Below, piece after piece: positions 1 to 9,595 of a DNA stretch of 53,510 nt. The DNA comes from Thermoplasmatota archaeon (GTDB lineage: Archaea; Thermoplasmatota; Penumbrarchaeia; Penumbrarchaeales; Penumbrarchaeaceae): positions 1 through 53,510 of the forward strand of contig CBDDUX010000021.1 of the NCBI GenBank assembly GCA_965234725.1, in the 5' to 3' direction. Under the pieces are notes generated by a model that ran no database searches, was not told the DNA's origin, and worked only from the letters and a program-made list of their open reading frames with translations. A program made the translations under genes and the position numbers. Numbering within the stretch: position 1 is the first letter of the stretch; each line of letters begins with the position of its first letter.

Positions 1-178
1 ATTGATAGAAGTTGTCATTCGATCGGGAGGGTCACTGCTGGTCCTCACTTATTACAGGATCAGGTGTTGGTTCCTCGGCTTTTGGTATATCTTCTGGTAT
101 CGGGTCCTGGATCGGTTCCGGGGGCTTTGTATAGGCATAGGGGGTGTCCTGATCATGGATATCATGTATACCTGCCTG

Positions 179-3100
179 TTAAGATGGCTTCTTCCCATTC
201 TGCCGTAGATAGGAATCCCTGTCCCTGAAAGCCGGAGCTTTGGGTTCGGGTCTGATGTAAGCTTCACCTGGTGGAGGAGCTTGACTTGGAGGAGGGTGCA
301 TTGGAACCGACTGCATTGGAGGAAGCTGGCGTGGCGGACCCTGTGTAGTCACTGGATACATCGGGGGTAGTCGACCGTAACCAGGACCGGATCCTGGAAC
401 AGGGCCAAGACCAGGTCTCCCAATCTGACTCGGACCAAGAGATATCAAGGGTTGTCTCGGAGGTGATTCCTTCTGTTCTAAAGCTTCCTTTGCTTCTCTT
501 TCCTCCCTCTTCTTCTTGTTCCTGCGTATCAAACCAGGAAGGAACAGGACCAATAAGATGATCAGAAGAGGGATCAGAAAAGATGCGATACCCAAGATCA
601 CAGCTGTGGTGGTCCTTCCAGGTACTTCAACATCGATATCAGAGGGATCACCACTTCCAACAGCATTGTAGGGAACCACCCTGTAATAATAGGTCCCTGC
701 CTCGACATCCTCATCGGTAACTGACAAACTGTCAGCATCCAATTGCTTCCATATCTCAAGGTTCACAGGTGATCTTCCCCTGAAAATATAGTAACCGATC
801 ACCTGAAAACCATGATCGTTATCAGGGGGGAGCCACTTGATATCGACAGTATCAGTCGTGGCCTCTATTTTCAGGTCCAACACTATGGATGGGACTCCAA
901 GAGAGATCACTTCAAGGGAAGGACCTTTCGGACCTTCTCCAACAGCATTGACACAGGATATTTGATAAAAATAGGAAGTGCCATCCACCAGACTGGTATC
1001 TTCAAAGAATCCAGTACCGTCCAGGACCTCCCCAATACGTTCCATCTCTCCCTCGGTCAGACCGCGATAGATCACAGCTCCCATAAGTGGTGATCCACCC
1101 AGATCTTCAGGATCGGTCCAGTGAAGAACAACTGTTCCCATGTATGCCTTGGTGATCCAGAGATCGGAAACAGGACCGGGAACACTGACAGGAATAGCTA
1201 TAATGCGATCGCTCAAAGGACCTTCTCCAATTTCATTGAATGCCGATATCCTGAACACATATTCCTTTCCGTTCTCAAGGTCCATTGCTTTGAAAGAGGG
1301 TACGGACCCGATTTCCGAATATAGAACGGGTATGCCCCTCCCGTCCTCCACATAGATCCGGTATCCTGAGATGGAGAAACCACCATTTCCAGGGACTGTC
1401 CAATCGAGGTCAACGGAACCATCAGAAACCTCAGCAGATAGATCTTCAATGTAATCAGGAACGCTTCCAACCTTGATCGTGATAATTTCAGTATCTTCAC
1501 CGTCACCCAGTTCAGTGAAGGCAGAGACCTTGAACTGATAGATCACACCGGGTGACAAATCCTTGACAAGGAGGGAAAAGGCCATGGTCTCAACTTGTGA
1601 CCATTCGGTATCCACTTTCTCTTTATAGGATACATGGTAACCAACAACGGAACTGCCACCGTCATCAGATGGAGGATACCAGTATGATCTGAAGGAATCA
1701 AGCATGCGATCCAGATGGTATACCTCCGGAGCGGAGGGGAGACCAAATGGCTTGACTGGGATGATAGGGGAAAGAACGGATTCACCCCAAACATTCACGG
1801 CTGTAACTGCATAATAATAAACAGGACCATACTCAAGGTCCTTATCATGGAAATCGGGAGAATGGCTCGGATCGACATCGACCCGGGCAACATCCCTCAG
1901 GGAATGGATACTGGTACCACGATAGACACGGTAGAACTGAACATCCTCTCCACCGTTCTCGGGAAGGGACCACCAGATCCGGGATGAGAATAACATTGCC
2001 TGTCCGGATATGTCCGAGATCATGAATGGATCGGTCCCGGGTGTTGCAGAGATAGGAAATGATATGGGGCCATCACCGTTGATATTGAAAGCGGATATGC
2101 TGTAGTAATAGGTCAGTCCGTTCTCGAGATCATGATCCGAAAATTCAAGAAGACCGCTCCCAAGATCAAGGAGGAACAATGGTTGATCGGATTGGAATGA
2201 ACGATATACATGATAACCGAGGACCGGGGAACCTCCGTCATCTTCTACATCGTCCCAACCGAGGTCAACCATTCCATCTCCCAGAGAAACTGACAGACCG
2301 GTCACAGGACCGGGAAGACCGGAAGCCATTCCAGAAACAGGGAACGACAGCGGACCTTCTCCGAACATATTGCTGGCACTCAACCTGTAAGTGTACTTTA
2401 CACCGTTTTTAACCGGGTCAGTGAAGGAACGAACATCACCTCCAAACTCGAAATGAAGGGACATTTCTCCATCTTCCACCGACCGATAAAGTGTATATCC
2501 GGTGATAGGGAGGTCCCAATCCAGAGCTGGAGGGGACCACTTCAGATCGATCTCACCGTTCCCGGATATTGAAACAAGCTCCGTCGGGACTGAAGGAACT
2601 GTTCTGTACTCGACCTTCACCGGGGCGGTCCAGAGGCCCTCTCCCAGTTTATTGATTGCGGAAATGGAATAGAAATAGGTCTCGCCTTGAACAAGATCAT
2701 GATCGGTCAGGGTCATAGTGGCAGTATCGACCTGGCCAAGGAGCACCATATCATCCATGGACCAACCACGATATACTGAATATTGGTCGATATCGTAACC
2801 GCCATTGGACATTGGTGGTTCCCATATCAGTTCAACACCCGAATCCTCCTCGGATATCTCAAATCCTGTTGGAGTTCCGGGTAGTGTATTCGGGGTGCCA
2901 GAAACGGTCTCCGAAGGAGGCATTTCTCCATAGCCAGTAAGTGTATAGGTCAACTTATAGAGATAAGAGCCTGGATGCCTGTCCACCGTTGTATCATTGA
3001 ACCAATTAGTACCAAATGGAATTTTGAAGAGAGGATGCATGGAATCGTGGTATCCTCCACGATATAGACTATAATGGGAAATGTGAAATCTTTCAGATAT

Positions 3101-4738
3101 TTCAACAGGGGGGGAATCCCAGGATAGATTCACGAAGAAATCACCTGCTTCTGCTCTTAATCCATCAACCATGGGAGGAATTAATATCTCTCCAAATACG
3201 ATATTGGACCTTACACTCTCCCCTATTTCATTGAAAATTGATGAAACCGAGTAATAATAACGTTGAGGAAAAGATGAAATAATTGTATCATTGAACCATG
3301 TCTGATTACCAATCATCCGATATGGGTACATTAGATCGGGACTCATCCCCCTGAATAATTGATAATTTTCAAATGAATAATTATTGAAAATATCTTTGCT
3401 TGGGGGATCCCAGGATAGATTCAGATGGAAATATGATTCTGAAAGAGTTAAATTTCCAGGGGAAAACTCGTCAAAAAATAAACCGGATATATCAATTATT
3501 ACCGAATCAAAAATTGAACCATTCACAACTGTACAAGACAACAGTTTTCCGTCATCGGATATTACCGGATCGAAGGAATCAGGTGTGTGGATCGTGATCT
3601 CCTCTGATTCGTTGGTCCAAGTGGAACCCCAGTCCTTACTGACGATCATTTGTACCTCTTCAGGACTGCCTTCATAGGCCAATAAAAGAATTCTGCCTTC
3701 TGCTCTTCGGCCCAAGGTAAAACATGCATTGGAATAATAATAATTTGATAGACCTCTGGTGGACAATATACTTTTTTCACTGGACCAGGTCGTTCCATTA
3801 TCCATCGATATACAGATGTCGAGATCGTCGTTATTATTCGAGGAACCAGATATCAGAATTAGAGTTCCATTGATATTCTCACACCTCATATTACCGTATT
3901 TGATGGATGTGGACATTATCGTCTTACGTGTGGACCAGGTCGTTCCATTATCTGTTGAATACTTCATGTTAACATCGCCATTTCCACCCTGCCAGGCATA
4001 AAAAACCATGATCTTTGTAATAGAATCTACCTCGACCGTTTCAATATCAATGTTACCAGCAAAATTGATGCTGTCGATATTACTACCGGTTGTCCAGGAT
4101 GATCCGTCATACCTATAGAAGTAGGGCTGCCACTGGGAGTAACGAACTATGGCCACAAAAATATAGTCATCGTTATATTCCACATCGAAATTATGAGCAT
4201 ATCCTGATCTGATCGTGACCAATGATGCATCTTTGATATCGGACCAATTCGAAATTGACGCTTTTTTCATGAAAAGTGTATCACTTGAATGTGATGGCTC
4301 CCAGCCCGAAAAAAAAGCATAAATCTCTTCCTTCCAGACAAGCAGATGTTTGAAAATTGCATAAGTGTATTGAGTGGAGCTCCATAGGTCTACCCTGGAA
4401 GACCAGTTCTTTCCACCGTCCGTGGATGCGATCATGCTCACACCGATGCTGGGTCCCAGCTCCCAGGTATAGATATAGTAATAGGTTCCGTTATAATTGA
4501 TGAGCGTATCCCGGCTCGAGGCCTCGCTCTGTGTCCTGCCTTCAACATCAGAAATTGTTTTAAGGACCTCAACCTGGTCCGATTGATCCGATGAGGGAAG
4601 AGTGTGATGTATTGGATCTCCAACAGGTTCGGGATCGTTCTTATCAGGGATCAGATCACTATAACAAGATGTACCCAAGATCATTATCGAGAAAAAGCAA
4701 ATTGCAGTGACAAGCATTGATCTTTCTAATTTTATCAT
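179..4738 (-). CDS. Cell-surface protein: Asp-box (BNR/sialidase-like) beta-propeller head, ~10 FN3 domains, TM helix and Pro-rich cytoplasmic tail (paralogue A)
   Basis: Signal peptide; Asp-box motifs STDGGKNW, STDNGTTW, SMDNGTTW, SKDWGSTW; ten FN3 units (W.PP...Y.VYR...Y.Y.ISA.N..GEG); TM AVILGIASFLIPLLIILLVLFL followed by RRNKKK. Start set at ATG 4738 from AGGAGGT spacing; the ORF track uses GTG 4759. Confidence 0.88.
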   Translation of the reverse strand: MIKLERSMLVTAICFFSIMILGTSCYSDLIPDKNDPEPVGDPIHHTLPSSDQSDQVEVLKTISDVEGRTQSEASSRDTLINYNGTYYYIYTWELGPSIGVSMIASTDGGKNWSSRVDLWSSTQYTYAIFKHLLVWKEEIYAFFSGWEPSHSSDTLFMKKASISNWSDIKDASLVTIRSGYAHNFDVEYNDDYIFVAIVRYSQWQPYFYRYDGSSWTTGSNIDSINFAGNIDIETVEVDSITKIMVFYAWQGGNGDVNMKYSTDNGTTWSTRKTIMSTSIKYGNMRCENINGTLILISGSSNNNDDLDICISMDNGTTWSSEKSILSTRGLSNYYYSNACFTLGRRAEGRILLLAYEGSPEEVQMIVSKDWGSTWTNESEEITIHTPDSFDPVISDDGKLLSCTVVNGSIFDSVIIDISGLFFDEFSPGNLTLSESYFHLNLSWDPPSKDIFNNYSFENYQLFRGMSPDLMYPYRMIGNQTWFNDTIISSFPQRYYYSVSSIFNEIGESVRSNIVFGEILIPPMVDGLRAEAGDFFVNLSWDSPPVEISERFHISHYSLYRGGYHDSMHPLFKIPFGTNWFNDTTVDRHPGSYLYKLTYTLTGYGEMPPSETVSGTPNTLPGTPTGFEISEEDSGVELIWEPPMSNGGYDIDQYSVYRGWSMDDMVLLGQVDTATMTLTDHDLVQGETYFYSISAINKLGEGLWTAPVKVEYRTVPSVPTELVSISGNGEIDLKWSPPALDWDLPITGYTLYRSVEDGEMSLHFEFGGDVRSFTDPVKNGVKYTYRLSASNMFGEGPLSFPVSGMASGLPGPVTGLSVSLGDGMVDLGWDDVEDDGGSPVLGYHVYRSFQSDQPLFLLDLGSGLLEFSDHDLENGLTYYYSISAFNINGDGPISFPISATPGTDPFMISDISGQAMLFSSRIWWSLPENGGEDVQFYRVYRGTSIHSLRDVARVDVDPSHSPDFHDKDLEYGPVYYYAVTAVNVWGESVLSPIIPVKPFGLPSAPEVYHLDRMLDSFRSYWYPPSDDGGSSVVGYHVSYKEKVDTEWSQVETMAFSLLVKDLSPGVIYQFKVSAFTELGDGEDTEIITIKVGSVPDYIEDLSAEVSDGSVDLDWTVPGNGGFSISGYRIYVEDGRGIPVLYSEIGSVPSFKAMDLENGKEYVFRISAFNEIGEGPLSDRIIAIPVSVPGPVSDLWITKAYMGTVVLHWTDPEDLGGSPLMGAVIYRGLTEGEMERIGEVLDGTGFFEDTSLVDGTSYFYQISCVNAVGEGPKGPSLEVISLGVPSIVLDLKIEATTDTVDIKWLPPDNDHGFQVIGYYIFRGRSPVNLEIWKQLDADSLSVTDEDVEAGTYYYRVVPYNAVGSGDPSDIDVEVPGRTTTAVILGIASFLIPLLIILLVLFLPGLIRRNKKKREEREAKEALEQKESPPRQPLISLGPSQIGRPGLGPVPGSGPGYGRLPPMYPVTTQGPPRQLPPMQSVPMHPPPSQAPPPGEAYIRPEPKAPAFRDRDSYLRQNGKKPS
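183..3168. repeat. Copy 1 of a ~3-kb direct duplication (FN3 stalk, TM, tail)
   Basis: Colinear with 5012-7997 at the same offset (4829) at both ends and in the middle; high but incomplete nucleotide identity. Confidence 0.9.
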
Positions 4739-4755
4739 TCCCATACCTCCTGGAT

Positions 4756-7700
4756 TCACTCTAACACTCCCAATTTGTTCGATTTATTTTCCTCTTCTTT
4801 TATCAAATCCCTCTCTTCCATTGATCTTGGATGCTCCATGGAGGAGGCTGGATGGCCAATACCATCTGGATGGGGGTTACCTGTCTCATCTATGAGGGGG
4901 TCCTGACCTGGTGGATCAGTTTCCATTTGAGGATGTCCAACCGGTTCCGAAATTGACCTCATACCATTATTGGTAAAGATCTGCATATGATCATTTGATC
5001 TTACCAGGTCCGACGGCTTCATACCGTTCTGACGTAGATAGGAATCCCTGTCCCTGAAAGCAAGAGCTTTCGGTTCGGGTCTGATGTAAGCTTCACTTGG
5101 GGGAGGAGCTTGACTTGGAGGAGGGTGCATCGGAACCGACTGCATCGGGGGAAGCTGGCGTGTAGGTGCCTGTGTTGTCACCGGATACATCGGGGGTAGT
5201 TGACCGTAACCAGCACCTGATCCTTGACCAGGACCAAGACCAGGTCTCCCGATTTGAGTCGGACCGGGGGGCATCAGGGGTTGTAGCGGAGGTGATTCTT
5301 TCCTCTCCAATGCCTCCTTTGCTTCTCTCTCCTCTCTCCTACTCTTGTTCCTGCGGATCAAACCAGGGAGGAACAGGACCAATAAGATGATCAGAAGGGG
5401 GACCAGGAAGGATACGATACCCAGGATCACAGCTGTGTTGGTCCTTCCAGGTACTTCAACATCGACATCAGAGGGATCACCGCTTCCAACAGCATTGTAG
5501 GGAACCACCCTGTAGTAGTAGGTACCTTCCTCGACATCCTCATCAGTTACAGATAAACGGTCAGCATCCAATTGCTTCCATATCTCAAGGTCCACAGGTG
5601 ATCTTCCCCTGAAAATATAGTAACCGACCACTTCAGAACCGTGATCGCTTTCAGGGGGGAGCCACTTGATGTCAACAGTATCAGTCGTGGCCTCGATCTT
5701 CAGGTCCAACACCATGGATGGAATTCCAAGGGGTATTACTTCTAGGGAAGGACCTTTCGGACCTTCTCCAACAGCATTGACACAGGATATTCGATAATAA
5801 TAAGAGGTCCCATCGATCAGATCGGCATCTTCAAAGAATCCTACACCGTCCAGGACCTCCCCTACGCGGTCCATCTCTCCCTCGGTCAGACCGCGATAGA
5901 TCACAGATCCCATAAGTGGTGATCCACCCAGATCTTCAGGATCGGTCCAGTGAAGAACAACCGTACCCATGTATGCCTTCGTGATCAAGAGATCGGAAAC
6001 AGGACCGGGGACGCCGACAGGAATAGCTTTGATGCGATCGCTTAAAGGACCTTCTCCAATTTCATTGAAAGCCGATATTCTGAACACATATTCCTTTCCG
6101 TTCTCAAGGTCCATTGCTTTGAAAGAGGGTACGGACCCAATTTCTGAATATAAAACAGGTATGCCCCTCCCGTCCTCCACATAGATACGATAACCCAAGA
6201 GATCGAAACCACCATTTCCAGGGACTGTCCAATCGAGGTCAACCGCACCATCAGAGACCTCAGCGGAGAGATCTTCAATGTAATCAGGAACGCTTCCAAC
6301 CTTGATCGTCATAATTTCGGTGTCTTCTCCATCACCGAATTCTGTAAAAGCAGAGACCTTGAACTGGTATATCATACCTGGTGTCAGGTATTTGATCAGG
6401 ATGGAAAGGGCCATGGTCTCAACTTGTGACCATTCGGTATCCACGTTTTCTTTATAGGATACATGGTAACCGACAATGGGACTGCCACCATCATCAGATG
6501 GAGGATACCAGAAAAGCCTGAAGGAATCAAGCTTGCGGTCTTCATGATAGACCTCAGGACCGGTGGGAACGCCATAAGGTTTGACCGGGATGATAGGAGA
6601 AAGAAAGGATTCACCCCAAACATTCACGGCTGTAACTGCATAATAATAAACAGGACCATACTCAAGATCATTATCATGGAACTCGGGAGAATGGCTCGGA
6701 TCGACATCGACCCGGGCAACATTGGTCAAGGAATGGATGCTGGTACCACGATAGATACGGTTGAACTGAACATCCTCTCCACCGTTCTCAGGAGGGGACC
6801 ACCAGATCCGGGATGAGAATAACATTGCCTGTCCGGAAATATCCGAGATCATGAATGGATCGGTCCCGGGTGTTGTGGAAATGGGAAATGATATAGGGCC
6901 GTCACCGTTGATATTGAAAGCTGATATTCTGTAGTAATAGGTCAGTCCATTCTCAAGATCATTTTCTGAATATTCCAGAAGACCGCTCCCAAGATCAAGG
7001 AGGAACAATGGTTGATCGGATTGGAATGAACGATATACATGATATCCGAGGACCGGAGAACCTCCGTCATCTTCAACATCGTCCCAAGCGATATCAACCA
7101 TGCTGTCTCCAAGAGATACAGAAAGACCGGTTACAGGACCGGGAAGACCGGAAGCCATTCCAGAAACAGGGAACGACAGAAGACCTTCCCCGAACATATT
7201 GCTGGCACTCAGCCTGTAAGTGTACTTTACACCATTTTGAACAGGGTCAGTGAAGGAATGAACATCACCTCCAAACTCGAAATGAAGGGACATATCTCCA
7301 TCCCCCACAGACCGATAAAGGGTATATCCGGTGATGGGAAGGTCCCAATCCAGCGCGGGGGGGGACCATTTCAGAACGATCTCACCGTTTCCGGATATTG
7401 AAACAAGTTCCATAGGGGCTGAAGGAACTGTTCTGTACTCGACCTTCACCGGGGCGGTCCAGAGGCCCTCTCCCAGTTTATTGATTGCGGAAATGGAATA
7501 GAAATAGGTCTCGCCTTGAACAAGATCATGATCGGTCAGGGTCATAGTGGCAGTATCGACCTGGCCAAGGAGCACCATATCATCCATGGACCAACCACGA
7601 TATACTGAATATTGGTCGATATCGTAACCGCCATTGGACATTGGTGGTTCCCATATCAGTTCAACACCTGAATCCTTCTCTGACATCTCAAATCCTGTTG

Positions 7701-9591
7701 GAGTTCCGGGTAGTGTATTCGGGGTGCCGGAAACGGTCTCCGAGGGGGAAATTTCTCCATAGCCAGTAAGAGTATAGGTCAGCTTATAGAGATAAGAGCC
7801 TGGATACCTGTCCACTGTTGTATCATTGAACCAATTATTACCAAATGGAATGGTGAACATAGGATGCATGGAATCGTGATATCCACCCCTGAAAATTGTG
7901 TAATGGGAGATCTGGAAAGCGTCGGATATTGCAACCGGTGGAGGATACCAGGAGAGATTTACAAAGAAATCACCTGCTTCTGCTCTTAATCCATCAATAG
8001 GAGGTGGAAGGAGGACCTCTCCTAATACAATGTTGGAGAGAGTGCTTTCCCCTAGCTCACTGAACGTGATCCCTACTCCGTAGAAATATGAAACGTCTTC
8101 CATCTTTGAAATGGAATCATTGAACCAGGTAACATTTCCGATCAACCTGTAAAGAGATAAGGACTCATAGCTGGTCCCACGGTATACAACATAGTTCTCG
8201 AAATTGAATTCCGAAAAGAACCTGTCTTGAGGTGGGTCCCAGGAGATATTCATATGAAGAACAGATCTGGACAATGAAAGATTGGTTGGAGAGTAATCAT
8301 CGAGAACAAGGTCCCGCATATCATATATCTCAATATTTGAGGTTGAACCGTATGGGATTATCACACTCATATACTTCGTATTTCGTGTGATCATCGGGTC
8401 ATAGGCGATTCCATTCCTAAGAAGGAATTCATCCTTCTCATCGATCCAAGTTGCTCCATTATCCCTGCTAAAAAGCATCCTTATCTCATCATCCTTACAT
8501 TCGTAGACCAAACAAATTGTCCTGCCACCATCTCTAGAACCAAGGGATATCGAGTATTTAGACGACGTATAATTGGATGGCCCTCTTTCTTCCAGAAGGG
8601 TCTTCTCCTCTGACCAAGTTGTACCGTTGTCCTTGGAAACCGTGATCTGGACATCACCACCATTGATCAGGGCAGATACCAGACATATAGTTCCATTCGA
8701 TTCTATCAGATCATGTTCATAATAGCTAGTGTGATCGTTCATAACCACTTGAGCGTTGGACCAGGTTGAACCTGCGTTGCTTGAGGTTCTGACGTATATG
8801 TAGCCTGTGGAGTAGCTAGGAAAATAACTCCTGCAGTAACTGAAAATAAGCTTTGTTCCGCTTGTTGTTTTGATTGCAGCAATGCTGTTGAAGTAGGTCT
8901 GGCCAAGAGAGGAAAGGTAGGTTCCACTGGTCCAGGAGATCCCATTATATCTGTAAAAAATTGACCTCCACTGGCTGGATTGTACCATCGCCATGTAGAT
9001 GTAATCATCATCATATGTCAGCTTCCAGTTCTCTCCCTGTGAACTTCGGATCGATATCGTTGATGCGGTCGAAAGATCCTGCCAGTGGTCAACATCAGCC
9101 TTCTTCATGTAATCGGCCCTGTAATGATGCTGAGTGTGATGTCCGTTAATGAAAGCATATATTTCGCCTTTCCAGATCAGAAGCTCATGCCAAAGGCTAT
9201 CCGTATGGAATGTGGATGACCAGATATCCACTTTTTTTGACCAGTTTCCACCTTCATCCTTTGATGTTATCACACTAACAGTGATTACACTACTATTGAA
9301 CCATGAATAGATGAAGAAAAGTGTTCCCTGGTATTCAATGATCGGATCATGACCACAGGCCCTCATCTGAGAAAGGGGGGAAATCCCGGAAATATTGATC
9401 AAAGGTTGTATCCGGGGATGATGATCTGAACTTCCTGAAGATTCAGGGATCGGGGAGGAAGTTGAAAAGGGTCCTTCATTGGATGAAGGAACAAGAGATA
9501 TCACCGAACCAGGTAGGAATAGAATAATGGCAAATGCGAAAGCAAGAATCGAAGTGTTCCTTCTAACTTCTAATCTATCTTTTCCAATCAT
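4756..9591 (-). CDS. Cell-surface protein with Asp-box propeller, ~10 FN3 domains, TM helix and Pro-rich tail (paralogue B)
   Basis: Same architecture as paralogue A; Asp-boxes SKDEGGNW, SSNAGSTW, SKDNGTTW, SRDNGATW; FN3 stalk nearly identical to paralogue A. Confidence 0.9.
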   Translation of the reverse strand: MIGKDRLEVRRNTSILAFAFAIILFLPGSVISLVPSSNEGPFSTSSPIPESSGSSDHHPRIQPLINISGISPLSQMRACGHDPIIEYQGTLFFIYSWFNSSVITVSVITSKDEGGNWSKKVDIWSSTFHTDSLWHELLIWKGEIYAFINGHHTQHHYRADYMKKADVDHWQDLSTASTISIRSSQGENWKLTYDDDYIYMAMVQSSQWRSIFYRYNGISWTSGTYLSSLGQTYFNSIAAIKTTSGTKLIFSYCRSYFPSYSTGYIYVRTSSNAGSTWSNAQVVMNDHTSYYEHDLIESNGTICLVSALINGGDVQITVSKDNGTTWSEEKTLLEERGPSNYTSSKYSISLGSRDGGRTICLVYECKDDEIRMLFSRDNGATWIDEKDEFLLRNGIAYDPMITRNTKYMSVIIPYGSTSNIEIYDMRDLVLDDYSPTNLSLSRSVLHMNISWDPPQDRFFSEFNFENYVVYRGTSYESLSLYRLIGNVTWFNDSISKMEDVSYFYGVGITFSELGESTLSNIVLGEVLLPPPIDGLRAEAGDFFVNLSWYPPPVAISDAFQISHYTIFRGGYHDSMHPMFTIPFGNNWFNDTTVDRYPGSYLYKLTYTLTGYGEISPSETVSGTPNTLPGTPTGFEMSEKDSGVELIWEPPMSNGGYDIDQYSVYRGWSMDDMVLLGQVDTATMTLTDHDLVQGETYFYSISAINKLGEGLWTAPVKVEYRTVPSAPMELVSISGNGEIVLKWSPPALDWDLPITGYTLYRSVGDGDMSLHFEFGGDVHSFTDPVQNGVKYTYRLSASNMFGEGLLSFPVSGMASGLPGPVTGLSVSLGDSMVDIAWDDVEDDGGSPVLGYHVYRSFQSDQPLFLLDLGSGLLEYSENDLENGLTYYYRISAFNINGDGPISFPISTTPGTDPFMISDISGQAMLFSSRIWWSPPENGGEDVQFNRIYRGTSIHSLTNVARVDVDPSHSPEFHDNDLEYGPVYYYAVTAVNVWGESFLSPIIPVKPYGVPTGPEVYHEDRKLDSFRLFWYPPSDDGGSPIVGYHVSYKENVDTEWSQVETMALSILIKYLTPGMIYQFKVSAFTEFGDGEDTEIMTIKVGSVPDYIEDLSAEVSDGAVDLDWTVPGNGGFDLLGYRIYVEDGRGIPVLYSEIGSVPSFKAMDLENGKEYVFRISAFNEIGEGPLSDRIKAIPVGVPGPVSDLLITKAYMGTVVLHWTDPEDLGGSPLMGSVIYRGLTEGEMDRVGEVLDGVGFFEDADLIDGTSYYYRISCVNAVGEGPKGPSLEVIPLGIPSMVLDLKIEATTDTVDIKWLPPESDHGSEVVGYYIFRGRSPVDLEIWKQLDADRLSVTDEDVEEGTYYYRVVPYNAVGSGDPSDVDVEVPGRTNTAVILGIVSFLVPLLIILLVLFLPGLIRRNKSRREEREAKEALERKESPPLQPLMPPGPTQIGRPGLGPGQGSGAGYGQLPPMYPVTTQAPTRQLPPMQSVPMHPPPSQAPPPSEAYIRPEPKALAFRDRDSYLRQNGMKPSDLVRSNDHMQIFTNNGMRSISEPVGHPQMETDPPGQDPLIDETGNPHPDGIGHPASSMEHPRSMEERDLIKEEENKSNKLGVLE
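5012..7997. repeat. Copy 2 of the ~3-kb direct duplication
   Basis: Matches 183-3168; 7419-7668 is base-for-base identical to 2590-2839. Confidence 0.9.
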
Positions 9592-9595
9592 TCCA

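Noticed and set aside
1-18. Possible minus-strand start MTTSIN at the window edge
   Set aside because: Only six codons are visible, which is not enough to call a gene.
179-9591. Diversity-generating retroelement behind the paralogue variation
   Set aside because: No reverse transcriptase in the window, and the differences are not adenine-specific.
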